Below, in pieces: positions 1 to 9,347 of a stretch of 64,000 nucleotides of DNA. This DNA is from Pseudolabrys sp. (lineage in GTDB: Bacteria; Pseudomonadota; Alphaproteobacteria; Rhizobiales; Xanthobacteraceae). The notes beneath the pieces were generated by a model. It ran no database searches, was not told the origin of the DNA, and saw only the letters and a list, made by a program, of their open reading frames with translations. Both the position numbers and the translations under genes were made by a program. The stretch lies in NCBI GenBank assembly GCA_035501975.1, contig DATJVE010000017.1, positions 44,933 to 108,932 on the forward strand, written 5' to 3'. Position 1 is the stretch's first letter; every line of letters starts with the position of its first letter.

Positions 1-818
1 ACCGCCCGCGCCGCTTGCAGGTCCTCGACGCTCTCGACTGCACTCAAGTCCTCGAGCTGACTGCGCAGCAGCCCGGCAAGCCGTCGCCCCTCGGGCATGG
101 TGACGAGCAGGCGCGCGCCTGCGTTATGGAGAATGCCGACCTGCCTGCGCAGATGGTCTTCCAGCTGTGAAAGCCGCAGCGGCGGGTAGATCGGCACCGG
201 GACTGCCCCCGCGTAGAGCGTGCCGAAATACGCCGCGAAGAAATCGATGCCGGTCGGCAACATCAACGCGATACGATCTCCGGGCGCAATATCGCGGGCA
301 ATCAAGCCGTAGGCGACGGCGCGCGCCCTATTCGCGAGCTCAGCATAGGTCAGGCTGCCGAGAGTGGTCGCCTCGTCCTGCAGCACCGTCAGGTGCAGAC
401 GATCGGGATGCCACGCGGAGTGCCATTCGAGCACCTCGATCAATGTTGATGCATCGCTTGCCGGGGGCACCGACGGAAGCGCAGGCGCCTGCGCTTCAAC
501 GGCACCGCGGCCGCGTGCAGGGCCAGCCCGCTGCAAGGCCGCTATCAAGTCCTGCACGGTTTCCGCCTCGCCGATGGTCTGCGCCGGCAGACGCACGCGA
601 AATGCCCGCTCGATCCGCAGGATCAGTTCGGTTCGGCCGAGACTGTCGATGCCCAGATCGCGTTCGATGCGGCTCGACCGCATGACGTCGATGAATCGGA
701 AAAGTTGCGGATGCAGTTCGCGAACAAGCGCGCCGACGACCGCAATCAGGTCGCGTTCGCGCAGAGCTTCCTCATCCGCTTTGACCGGCTGTGCAGCCAC
801 ACGGACCGTTTGCGACAT
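1..818 (-). CDS. Acyl carrier (phosphopantetheine) domain fused to AMP-binding acyl-adenylate ligase, N-terminal part (runs off the window; family often ends in an acyltransferase domain)
   Basis: Not in ORF track; manual translation from ATG at 818: MSQTVRVAAQ...ERDLGIDSLGRTELILRIERAF (ACP GxDSL motif) ...LTYAEL...APGDRIALMLPTGIDFFAAYFGTLYAGAVPVPIYPP (adenylation-domain N-terminus). Confidence 0.85.
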   Translation of the reverse strand, partial: MSQTVRVAAQPVKADEEALRERDLIAVVGALVRELHPQLFRFIDVMRSSRIERDLGIDSLGRTELILRIERAFRVRLPAQTIGEAETVQDLIAALQRAGPARGRGAVEAQAPALPSVPPASDASTLIEVLEWHSAWHPDRLHLTVLQDEATTLGSLTYAELANRARAVAYGLIARDIAPGDRIALMLPTGIDFFAAYFGTLYAGAVPVPIYPPLRLSQLEDHLRRQVGILHNAGARLLVTMPEGRRLAGLLRSQLEDLSAVESVEDLQAARA

Positions 819-851
819 TGGTATAGTCTGCGATGACGCGGCTGCGGCGCA

Positions 852-865
852 TTGATGTCGATCAA
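852..865. promoter_or_regulatory. FNR/FixK box
   Basis: TTGATgtcgATCAA, perfect consensus, between two divergent acyl-activating genes. Confidence 0.85.
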
Positions 866-931
866 CCTCAAGTCGCGGCCGAGGCGCTAACCAATTCGAT
901 CGACGGCGTATATCGGTGGATTAGTATTGCC

Positions 932-2776
932 ATGGGTCGCGCGATTACAGCACAGGCTGTGTCCGCTGTTCCGGACGCCGACCGGATTACCGCCGGGCAA
1001 GCCCGCACGTTATGGGGCCTCTTTCGCGAGCGTCTCCGACGCAGCCCGCACGCGGTAGCCTACCGGGATTACGATAGCGCGGCCGCACGCTGGCGCGATC
1101 ACACCTGGGCGATGATTTCCGACCGCGTCGACCGATTCCGCGGGGCCCTGGTGCGTGAGGGTGTGAAGGCCGGTGATCACGTTGCGATTCTGCTGCCGAA
1201 CGGAATCGATTGGGTCTGTCTTGATCTAGCAGCTCATGCCCTGGGTTTGGTCGTCGTCGGCCTATATCCGCACGAGACCGCTGCCACGAATGCTAACATC
1301 CTTGGCCATTCCGATGCGCGGCTGGTCCTGCTTGATAGTGTCGCGCGGTGGAGATCGCTATCGCCTCTCCGCGCCGAATTCCCATGCCTCAAATGCGTGT
1401 GGATAAACGATACCGGCGAGGTTACCGAAATAATTGGCGGACCGAAGCTCTGCAATCTGGCCGCCATTCTTGCAATCGCGTCGGGACCACCCGTCCAACA
1501 CCCGGCGGCGCCGGGCGATGTCGCGGCCTTGATCTACACATCCGGTACGACCGGCCGGCCCAAAGGCGTAATGCTCTCGCACTTTGCCTTACTTTGGAAT
1601 GCGCAAGCCTCCGCAGCTGTGGTACCGCCGCGTCCGGACGACGTGTTTCTGTCGATCCTGCCACTGGCACACGCTTTCGAACGCACCGTCGGCTACTATC
1701 TTCCGATGACCGCTGGCTCCACAGTCGCCTATGCGCGCTCGGCGCAGGACCTGCCTGACGATTTCTTGGCGCTCCGCCCGACAGCAATGCTCGGCGTTCC
1801 ACTTCTCTTCGAGCGAATGGCCGCTGCGGTCCGGATGAAGGTCGCACGCAGTTGGATACGGCGGCAACTGCTGCAAATCACCATGGCCGTCGGCTATCGT
1901 CGCTTCTGCGCCCAGCAGCACCGGTCCAAGCTCCCGCCCGAGATTTCCTTGCTCTGGTCTGTTCTCAACCCACTTGTCGCACGGCGCGTGTTGGCGGCCT
2001 TCGGCGGTCGGCTGCGGGTCGCCATCAGCGGTGGAGCACCGCTGGAACACAACGTCAGCCGGATGCTGATTGGCCTCGGGCTGCCGCTGGTGGAGGGCTA
2101 CGGCCTGACGGAAGTGGCGCCAGTCGTTGCAGCAAACGGGCTCGATGACAACCTCCCCGGCTCGGTCGGGCGGCCGCTGCACGGCGTCGAGATTAAACTC
2201 GCAGCGCAAGGCGAACTGCTGGTGCGTTCCCCTGCGATCATGGCGGGTTATTGGAAGGACGAGCGCCGAACCCAGCAATCGCTCGATCCAGACGGCTGGC
2301 TGTCGACCGGCGATATCGCGGAGCTTAATGGTGAGGGCCGCGTCTTCATTCGCGGCCGCCTTGCCGATGTGATCGTTCTGTCAATCGGCGAAAAGGTCAA
2401 TCCAAACCTCGTCGAAGCTGAACTATGCCGTGATCCTTTGTTCGAACAAGCCGTGGCCGTCGGCAACCGCCGGCCGTTCCTGGCAGCCGTGATCGTGCTC
2501 AATGCTCAGACCTGGGACCTCTTCGCCGCCAAGCGAGGTCTCAATTCCGAGCAACCTAATCACCCCGCTAGCAAGATCGAGTTGCTTGCCAAGATCGCGT
2601 CGTTGCTCGCCAAGTTGCCGCGCTATGCCCAGGTCCGTGCGGTGCATCTGACCCTGCAGCCGTGGACGATCAAGGCCGGTCTGTTGACCCCGACGCTCAA
2701 GGTCAAACGCGAGTTCGTCATACCGCTGTTCGCCAAGGAAATTGATGCTCTATATGCGAAATATGCGAAGCAATAG
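932..2776 (+). CDS. Long-chain fatty acid-CoA ligase (AMP-dependent synthetase)
   Basis: YTSGTTGRPKG, EGYGLTE, STGD motifs; start moved to ATG 932 because the track start at 833 spans the FNR box. Confidence 0.88.
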   Translation: MGRAITAQAVSAVPDADRITAGQARTLWGLFRERLRRSPHAVAYRDYDSAAARWRDHTWAMISDRVDRFRGALVREGVKAGDHVAILLPNGIDWVCLDLAAHALGLVVVGLYPHETAATNANILGHSDARLVLLDSVARWRSLSPLRAEFPCLKCVWINDTGEVTEIIGGPKLCNLAAILAIASGPPVQHPAAPGDVAALIYTSGTTGRPKGVMLSHFALLWNAQASAAVVPPRPDDVFLSILPLAHAFERTVGYYLPMTAGSTVAYARSAQDLPDDFLALRPTAMLGVPLLFERMAAAVRMKVARSWIRRQLLQITMAVGYRRFCAQQHRSKLPPEISLLWSVLNPLVARRVLAAFGGRLRVAISGGAPLEHNVSRMLIGLGLPLVEGYGLTEVAPVVAANGLDDNLPGSVGRPLHGVEIKLAAQGELLVRSPAIMAGYWKDERRTQQSLDPDGWLSTGDIAELNGEGRVFIRGRLADVIVLSIGEKVNPNLVEAELCRDPLFEQAVAVGNRRPFLAAVIVLNAQTWDLFAAKRGLNSEQPNHPASKIELLAKIASLLAKLPRYAQVRAVHLTLQPWTIKAGLLTPTLKVKREFVIPLFAKEIDALYAKYAKQ

Positions 2777-2795
2777 TTCTCCTGCGCGCATTTTT

Positions 2796-3260
2796 TTAGA
2801 GCCGTTCCATTTCAAATTCCTCGCACGAATGGCCCAAGGTCGCGAGCCCCTCCTCCAAGAAATCGCCGACCTGCGGAATTCCGAGCAAATAAGCAGCAGT
2901 ACGTCCGTTGTAGGCGCGTGCCGCCTCCTCGCGGACGGCTGGCCAGTCATCGGCGGAAGTATCGTCGCGACCCAACCAGGCGAGCGCCACCAAATCGATC
3001 TGCTCATCCACTGACAACGATTCGATTAGCGACGTGATTTCCTCGACAACAGGATCGTCGGGTTGATCCTCCAGCACGGCCACATCCTTGTCGTCGGAAG
3101 GATTTGACCCTGGATCGTTTTCGTTTGCCTCCTCCTTGACGTCGAACTCGCGCGCTTTGACGATGAGGAAGCAGACCTTTTCTGGAGAAATGTTGAGCTC
3201 TGTTTTCTCGTCTTCACTCGCAATAGATCGGTCGATCGTTTTGTTTGGCATCTGCATCAC
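2796..3260 (-). CDS. DUF3775 domain protein
   Basis: ISPEKVCFLIVKAREFDVK...EQIDLVALAWLGR...YLLGIP...LEEGL, typical alphaproteobacterial DUF3775 pattern. Confidence 0.8.
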   Translation of the reverse strand: MMQMPNKTIDRSIASEDEKTELNISPEKVCFLIVKAREFDVKEEANENDPGSNPSDDKDVAVLEDQPDDPVVEEITSLIESLSVDEQIDLVALAWLGRDDTSADDWPAVREEAARAYNGRTAAYLLGIPQVGDFLEEGLATLGHSCEEFEMERL

Positions 3261-3384
3261 CTAAGTAATCACAGCTATCGTGGCCTTATATGTGACCGAC
3301 CGCGACGATGCATTGAGATAGGACAATTCGAGCCGCACCGCTCTTTCTTGCGAATCCCGAAAAGCGTTCATTCCCATTCACTTT

Positions 3385-3398
3385 TTGATTGAGATCAA
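3385..3398. promoter_or_regulatory. FNR/FixK box
   Basis: TTGATtgagATCAA, perfect consensus. Confidence 0.85.
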
Positions 3399-3440
3399 TG
3401 CGCGTATGAGGCCGATGTCGTCAGCTATTTTTACCGTCGT

Positions 3441-3606
3441 GCAGAGGTAAAGTCGGCGAAGCACAGCAGTGAACCGTCTACGGGCGCGGATCTGCCTACG
3501 CGATGAACCGGCCTGCCGATGAAGCGTGGCGGAAGGGCCCGTGGCTTTCGTGTCCGAGAACCCCGGAGGAGACTCTGGCTCGACGGACGGAGGGCGCGGG
3601 CTCTGC
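3441..3606 (+). ncRNA. Candidate structured RNA / long 5' leader of unknown family
   Basis: Nested helices found by eye: GCAGAG/CTCTGC, GTCGGC/GCCGAT, GCGGAAG/CTTTCGT, TGTCCG/CGGACG, CCGGAG-GAGA-CTCTGG; begins just downstream of the position expected for an FNR class II start site. Confidence 0.4.
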
Positions 3607-3647
3607 CATTTTCCAAGCGTCTACCGCGTACCGTGCGGAGGTGAGCG

Positions 3648-4121
3648 ATGGAAACCTATCCAGTCGACATCGATGCGGGCCAAGTCGTCCGGTGGCTGAA
3701 AGCTGAAACTGATATTGCGCCCTCGGCCTTCCGGATCTCGGCCAGACGTACCGCTTTCCCTCAAGACATTCCGCTGCGCAGCGAAAGCCATCTTGGCGAC
3801 GTTGAACGCGAGGATTTGAGCGAGGTCGAAACGATTGCGACGCTGGATGTCATGCCGCTCCACGCGAGCGAAGGTTGGTTGCTCAGTGTGGTGGTGGAAG
3901 ACGAACTCGGACCGCGTCTGTTCGACGAAACTTCCGCGGAAAACGCTGATCAAACAATCGATCTTGGTACTTTTGCCAAGGAGTTCATCCGCTCCGGACG
4001 CGGCACCGCCAGTGTAGTGGCGGAAGTGCAGGATGCAGCGGCCAAAGCGGAGCTGACGAAGCTGATCAGCGCGATCGAAACCAACCGGCATGCCACACCT
4101 GCCGGCAGCGCGACTGGTTGA
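3648..4121 (+). CDS. Hypothetical acidic protein
   Basis: ORF with strong RBS (GGAGGTGA) upstream; no recognised motif. Confidence 0.75.
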   Translation: METYPVDIDAGQVVRWLKAETDIAPSAFRISARRTAFPQDIPLRSESHLGDVEREDLSEVETIATLDVMPLHASEGWLLSVVVEDELGPRLFDETSAENADQTIDLGTFAKEFIRSGRGTASVVAEVQDAAAKAELTKLISAIETNRHATPAGSATG

Positions 4122-4162
4122 GGCCGCCGCAGTCCCCCAGCCGAAGAGTTGAGAAGGTTATC

Positions 4163-4816
4163 ATGATGACGCGCCGGCAAACCAATACAGCCCTAATGGC
4201 CGCCGCAATCTTGTCAACGGCGCCCAGCTTGGCCGCGCAGGACGGCGCAGAGCGACGACTGCCGCCGCCACGGCTTGATGCCGGCAAGCCACTTATGCAG
4301 GCACTGAAACTGCGTCGATCGACGCGCGAGTATTCCGATCGGCCGATATCCGATCAGATTCTATCCGATCTGTTATGGGCCGCATTCGGGGTTAATCGTC
4401 CAAGCGGCGACCGCACCGCGCCCTATTGGCGCCACATCATGGTCATCGATGTCTACGCGGCGATGGCGAACGGCGTTTGGCTTTACGAGCCCACGCGGCA
4501 TGCGCTCATACGGCATTTGCCAAGTGATATCCGCGCGCAAACCGGCGAGCAGGATTTTGTCGGCCAAGCCCCGCTCAACCTCGTATATGTGGCGCACGGC
4601 GAGCGGATGCATGACATTCCGCCAATGGATCGGCGGCTCTATGCCTCCGTTGACACCGGCTTCATCGGTCAGAACGTCTATTTGTATTGCGCCTCGGAGG
4701 GTCTCGCCAGCGTGTTCCGCGGCGCGGTCGATTTCAAAGCGCTCGACCGCCTCATGCAGCTTGGCGCCAATCAGTTTGTTACCTTCGCTCAAACCGTCGG
4801 CTACGCGCTCGCGTGA
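4163..4816 (+). CDS. SagB/ThcOx-like nitroreductase family protein with a possible Tat signal
   Basis: LMQALKLRRSTREYS, LSDLLWAAFG, GDRTAP, GQNVYLYCASEGL, QTVGY; N-terminus MMTRRQT followed by a hydrophobic stretch and SLA. Confidence 0.8.
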   Translation: MMTRRQTNTALMAAAILSTAPSLAAQDGAERRLPPPRLDAGKPLMQALKLRRSTREYSDRPISDQILSDLLWAAFGVNRPSGDRTAPYWRHIMVIDVYAAMANGVWLYEPTRHALIRHLPSDIRAQTGEQDFVGQAPLNLVYVAHGERMHDIPPMDRRLYASVDTGFIGQNVYLYCASEGLASVFRGAVDFKALDRLMQLGANQFVTFAQTVGYALA

Positions 4817-4970
4817 TGGCCTGAGTTCGATGTGATTGAACTTATTCAAACGCAATTCGATGGCCAGCAATGATCGCCGTACCGGCCGCTTTCGCAGTCA
4901 CGGAATGAAGGGATCTCCATGTCCACCCCCATTTAACCGCCGGCATTCTCGACCTCGTACCACAATCTAT

Positions 4971-4984
4971 TTGACGTAACTCAA
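4971..4984. promoter_or_regulatory. FNR/FixK-like box upstream of groEL
   Basis: TTGACgtaaCTCAA (TTGA-N6-TCAA). Confidence 0.6.
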
Positions 4985-5210
4985 TGCGCAAACAAATCAT
5001 CTCTATATAAATCTGCCACTTATGGAGTTCAGCGCGAGCTAGACGAAGCGGCATAGCTCGCGCGCCTGCGTCCTGTCATGTCGCGGAGGCAAGCATGGCC
5101 AGCGAATAATCCTCCGGCCGCGCGTTTGGTTTACCGCTCGCCGCAGTTTTCGTCGGCATTTTCAATTTAAATGCGGCATCTGCGGCGGCACATGTCAGGA
5201 GGCCACTGTA

Positions 5211-6833
5211 ATGCCTCACAAACAAATTCTGTTCCGCTCGGCCGCCCGCGAAAAGGTCTTGCGGGGCGCTACTCAACTCGCCGATGCGGTGCGCGTGACC
5301 TTGGGTCCACGGTCCAAGGCGGTATTGATCGAAAAGAAATGGGGTGCGCCGATCGTATGCAACGATGGCGTCACCATCGCCAAGGAATTCGATCTCAAGG
5401 ACCCGGAAGAGAATCTCGGCGCCCGCATGCTTCGGCAGGCAGCGGAAAAGACCGGCGACATGGTTGGCGATGGAACCAGCACGGCGACGATTTTGGCGCA
5501 CGCCATATTCGCTGACGGCGTCCGCAACGTGGTTGCCGGCGCCAGCGCGATTGACATTAAACGCGGCCTTGATCGTGCCGCCAAGCGGGCGATCGAGGCT
5601 TTGCGAGCAATGTCGCGCCCGGTCAAAACGCGCAAGGAAAAAGCACAAGTTGGCGCCATTTCCGCGCACAACGATCCAGCAATCGGCGAACTGGTGGCCG
5701 ACGCCATGGACAAAGTCGGTGGCGATGGTGTGATCACGGTCGAGGAATCCAAGACAACCGAAACATCCCTCGATGTCGTAGAAGGCATGCAGTTCGACCG
5801 CGGCTTTCTCTCGCCGTACTTCATCACCAATCCGGAGAAAATGGAGGCCGTGCTGGAGGACGCACTGGTGCTCATTTCTGACCGCAAGATTAGCATCCTC
5901 AAGGATATCGTCCCGCTGCTGGAGCAGGTCGCGAAGGAAGCGCGCCCGCTGTTGGTCGTTGCGGAAGACGTCGAAGGCGAGGCGCTTGCCACGCTGATCG
6001 TCAATCAAATTCGTGGCGCGCTCAAAAGCTGCGCGGTCAAAGCTCCCGGTTTCGGCGATCGTCGCAAAGCGATGCTTGGTGATATCGCCACCCTCACCGG
6101 CGGCCAGGTGGTTTCCGAGGACCTCGGCATCAAGCTTGAGCACGTCACGATCGAGCAACTCGGCCACGCCAAGCGCGCCGTTGTCGACAAGGACAACACG
6201 ACGATCATCGGCGGTGCCGGCGATCGCAAACAAATCGATGGGCGCATCGAGCAGATACGCCGCGAAATCGAAAACACCACCAGCGACTACGATCGCGAAA
6301 AGCTGCAGGAGCGGCTGGCTAAGCTTGTTGGCGGCGTCGCCGTGATCCGCGTTGGCGCTCCCGCCGAATCCGAGATGAAGTCAAAAAAGGAAGCGCTCGA
6401 CGACGCCATCAGCGCAACCAAGGCCGCGGTTGCCGAAGGGATCGTGGCGGGCGGTGGACTGGCTTTGCTGCGTTGCGTCAAGGCGGTGGCCGAAGAAGAA
6501 GCAAAATGCGACGGCGACGAGAAGACCGGCGTTCAGATTTTAAAGCGGGCGCTGGAAGCGCCAACGCGCCAGATCGCGGAGAATTCTGCCGTGGATGGCG
6601 GTGTTGTGGTCGCGCGCATGTTGAGCGGGACCGGCAATGAAGGTTTCGATGCCGGGCGCAAGGAATACGTCGATCTCATCGAAGCCGGAATCATCGACCC
6701 GACCAAGGTCGTTCGCATCGCACTCGAAAATGCCGTGTCGGTCGCTAGCATTCTCTTGCTGACGGAAGCCACGATGACGGAAATTCCAGAAGTCAACAAG
6801 GAACGTAACCCAGAACCGGAAATGGCAATGTGA
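5211..6833 (+). CDS. groEL: Chaperonin GroEL, with no adjacent groES
   Basis: [50 protein letters not shown]. Confidence 0.97.
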   Translation: MPHKQILFRSAAREKVLRGATQLADAVRVTLGPRSKAVLIEKKWGAPIVCNDGVTIAKEFDLKDPEENLGARMLRQAAEKTGDMVGDGTSTATILAHAIFADGVRNVVAGASAIDIKRGLDRAAKRAIEALRAMSRPVKTRKEKAQVGAISAHNDPAIGELVADAMDKVGGDGVITVEESKTTETSLDVVEGMQFDRGFLSPYFITNPEKMEAVLEDALVLISDRKISILKDIVPLLEQVAKEARPLLVVAEDVEGEALATLIVNQIRGALKSCAVKAPGFGDRRKAMLGDIATLTGGQVVSEDLGIKLEHVTIEQLGHAKRAVVDKDNTTIIGGAGDRKQIDGRIEQIRREIENTTSDYDREKLQERLAKLVGGVAVIRVGAPAESEMKSKKEALDDAISATKAAVAEGIVAGGGLALLRCVKAVAEEEAKCDGDEKTGVQILKRALEAPTRQIAENSAVDGGVVVARMLSGTGNEGFDAGRKEYVDLIEAGIIDPTKVVRIALENAVSVASILLLTEATMTEIPEVNKERNPEPEMAM

Positions 6834-6874
6834 CGCGCTGCGCGCATTTTAGGTAAATAAATCGGAGCGAGACC

Positions 6875-7444
6875 ATGCAGACGCCAGTCGAAATCGAATA
6901 TCAGGGAATAGAAGCGAGGCCGTATATCCAGGCCGCCCTTGCCAAGCATGTCGACAATCTCGAACAGCGTTTCGGTCGCGTGACGGCCTGCCGGGTAGTG
7001 CTGAAAGCGCCCGGTGGTCATCACCGGAAAGGCGGTCTCTTTGAGGTCAACATTCGTCTGGCCCTTCCGGACGGCCGCGAGGTCAATGTTGAGCGAACTG
7101 CACAGGCCGACGAGCGCCATTCAGATCTCGACTTCGCCATCAACGACGCGTTCAAGCGGGCGCGCCGACAGTTGCAGGATCACGTTCGCGAGCTGCAGGG
7201 GCAGGTGAAGCATCACGAGGGCCCGCCGATTGGGACAGTGGTGCAACTCGACCCACTGGGGGAATTTGGGCTCCTGGAATCCACCGATGGCCAGGAGATT
7301 TATTTCCATCGTAACAGCGTGCTCGACAACGCTTATCCACACTTAGCCGTAGGCTCTCGGGTGACGTACGCGGAAGAAATGGGCGAGAAGGGGCCGCAGG
7401 CGAGCACCGTGAGGCTGATGGGGAAACACAGTCTGCGCGCATGA
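6875..7444 (+). CDS. HPF/RaiA-family ribosome-associated protein fused to a cold-shock domain
   Basis: N-terminal S30EA-like fold (...FAINDAFKRARRQL); C-terminal CSD motifs FGLL, EIYFHRNSV, EKGPQA. Confidence 0.88.
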   Translation: MQTPVEIEYQGIEARPYIQAALAKHVDNLEQRFGRVTACRVVLKAPGGHHRKGGLFEVNIRLALPDGREVNVERTAQADERHSDLDFAINDAFKRARRQLQDHVRELQGQVKHHEGPPIGTVVQLDPLGEFGLLESTDGQEIYFHRNSVLDNAYPHLAVGSRVTYAEEMGEKGPQASTVRLMGKHSLRA

Positions 7445-7884
7445 GCGGATCCGCTACCTACGCCGTCAGCAAGACAAAGTGGGAGCATTTCCCCCATGAT
7501 GCCGATGTCGGGATTCGCGGATTTGGCACGACCGCAGCGGAAGCGTTTGAACAGGCGGCGCAAGCGCTGGCCGCGATTGTGACACGCGCCGAGATTGAAC
7601 CGAAGATTCGGGTCGAGGTGAGTTGTGGAGCCCCGGACCTCGAATTGCTGTTCGTCGAATGGCTTAATGCCATCATCTATGAGATGGCGGTGCGTGGCGT
7701 GTTGTTCAGCCGCTTCGCGGTACGGATCGAGGGTACACGGCTTAACGGAACCCTGTGGGGTGAACCAGTCGACGTTGGGCGGCATGCGCCCGCTTGTGAG
7801 CCTAAAGGCGCGACCTACACAGCGCTCAAAGTCGCCGCGGACGATAAAGGGCTCTGGTCGGCGGCCTGCGTCGTAGACGTGTGA
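7441..7884 (+). CDS. Archease
   Basis: WEHFPHDADVG, LFVEWLNAII, PKGATY, C-terminal VVDV; directly upstream of rtcB. Confidence 0.93.
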   Translation: MSGSATYAVSKTKWEHFPHDADVGIRGFGTTAAEAFEQAAQALAAIVTRAEIEPKIRVEVSCGAPDLELLFVEWLNAIIYEMAVRGVLFSRFAVRIEGTRLNGTLWGEPVDVGRHAPACEPKGATYTALKVAADDKGLWSAACVVDV

Positions 7885-7896
7885 GGGATTTCGGCC

Positions 7897-9327
7897 ATGG
7901 ACCCTACCCGCTTCACCCGTGTCGATGAGACGACCTGGCGCGTCGAGCCGCAGGGGGCGATGCGTGTACCCGCGATCATCTACGCCGATGAGAACCTGAT
8001 CCGTGACATGGACGACAAGGTCTATGAGCAAGCGGTTAATGTCGCGACGCTCCCCGGAATTGTGCAAGCATCTTATGCAATGCCCGATGCGCATTGGGGC
8101 TACGGCTTCCCGATCGGCGGCGTCGCAGCATTTGATCCGGATCAGGGCGGCGTCGTCTCGGCGGGGGGCGTCGGCTTCGACATCTCTTGCGGCGTGCGCA
8201 CGATGCTGACCGGGCTTAAGGTCAGCGACATCCGGCCCGTGCAGAAATCATTGGCCGACTCGCTCTATCGCCAGATCCCGGCCGGCGTCGGCAGCAAAGG
8301 CACGATCACGCTCGATGCCATCGACATGGATGCAATGCTCACAGGCGGTGCGCGATGGGCGATCGATCGCGGCTGGGGCGATGCGCGCGACCTCGAACGG
8401 ATCGAGGAGCAAGGTCGGATGGCGGGTGCTGAGCCGGGTTGCGTGTCGGAGCGCGCCAAGGAACGCCAACGTCGCGAGATGGGTACGCTGGGTTCAGGCA
8501 ACCACTATCTTGAGGTGCAGGCCGTCGCAGAAGTCCTCGATGCAAATGTTGCCGCTATTTTCGGCCTGGAGCAGGACGATGTCGTCGTCACCATCCATTG
8601 CGGCTCACGCGGGCTGGGGCACCAGATTGGAACGGAATTCCTGAAGGAAATGGTCGTCGTGGCGGAGGCCTCAGGCATCAAGCTTCCCGACCGCGAACTC
8701 GCCTGCGCGCCGATCAACTCCGAAGTCGGCCAACGTTACCTAGGTGCAATGCGAGGGGCAATTAACTGTGCACTCGCGAACCGGGAGATTCTCGGTCACT
8801 ATGCAAGGCGTATTTTCGGGCACTTTTTTCCCGACCACGACTTGCGGCTACTGTTCGACGTTTCTCATAACACCTGCAAGGTCGAGCCGCACGCCGTCGC
8901 GGGGAAGTGCCGCGACCTGTTTGTTCATCGCAAGGGCGCAACCCGTGCATTCGGACCCGGCCACGAAAGTCTACCCGAAACGCTGCGCGCCGTCGGCCAG
9001 CCGGTGCTGATCGGCGGCAGCATGGGAACCGGCTCGTATATTCTGGTCGGCGAGGCAAGCGGGGAGCAAAAGGCATTCTCGTCCGCCTGCCATGGCGCAG
9101 GCCGCGCCCGCTCCCGTCATGCCGCACTCAAGCAATGGAGCGGACGCAAGATCGTGGACGATCTAGCGGCGCAAGGCATTCTGATCAGAAGCCCATCGAC
9201 CCGCGGCGTGGCCGAAGAGGCGCCCGGCGCTTACAAGGACGTGGGCGCGGTTGTCGCCGCGGCCGAGCATGCTGGCCTAGCTCGACGGGTGGCGCGGCTG
9301 CGCCCGTTGATTTGCGTCAAAGGCTGA
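7897..9327 (+). CDS. rtcB: RNA-splicing/repair ligase RtcB
   Basis: MPDAHWGYGFPIGG, DISCG, GSGNHYLE, HCGSRG, HNT, HRKGAT, CHGAGR. Confidence 0.96.
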   Translation: MDPTRFTRVDETTWRVEPQGAMRVPAIIYADENLIRDMDDKVYEQAVNVATLPGIVQASYAMPDAHWGYGFPIGGVAAFDPDQGGVVSAGGVGFDISCGVRTMLTGLKVSDIRPVQKSLADSLYRQIPAGVGSKGTITLDAIDMDAMLTGGARWAIDRGWGDARDLERIEEQGRMAGAEPGCVSERAKERQRREMGTLGSGNHYLEVQAVAEVLDANVAAIFGLEQDDVVVTIHCGSRGLGHQIGTEFLKEMVVVAEASGIKLPDRELACAPINSEVGQRYLGAMRGAINCALANREILGHYARRIFGHFFPDHDLRLLFDVSHNTCKVEPHAVAGKCRDLFVHRKGATRAFGPGHESLPETLRAVGQPVLIGGSMGTGSYILVGEASGEQKAFSSACHGAGRARSRHAALKQWSGRKIVDDLAAQGILIRSPSTRGVAEEAPGAYKDVGAVVAAAEHAGLARRVARLRPLICVKG

Positions 9328-9347
9328 TCGCCGCTGGGAAGCAGCTC

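Noticed and set aside
3313-3326. TTGAGatagGACAA as an additional FNR box for the DUF3775 gene
   Set aside because: Several mismatches to consensus; not counted
3441-3606. Assignment of the structured region to 6S RNA, SRP RNA, tRNA or a known riboswitch
   Set aside because: No diagnostic conserved sequence or usual gene context recognised; kept as an unclassified candidate
4817-5210. groES gene or CIRCE element upstream of groEL
   Set aside because: No GroES-like ORF and no TTAGCACTC-N9-GAGTGCTAA found
5076-6233. 385-aa ORF antisense to groEL, and similar long shadow ORFs (e.g. 26492-27943, 30190-31722, 57461-59143, 61123-62418)
   Set aside because: They lie opposite or out of frame within well-supported genes and have no motifs; expected from high-GC codon bias
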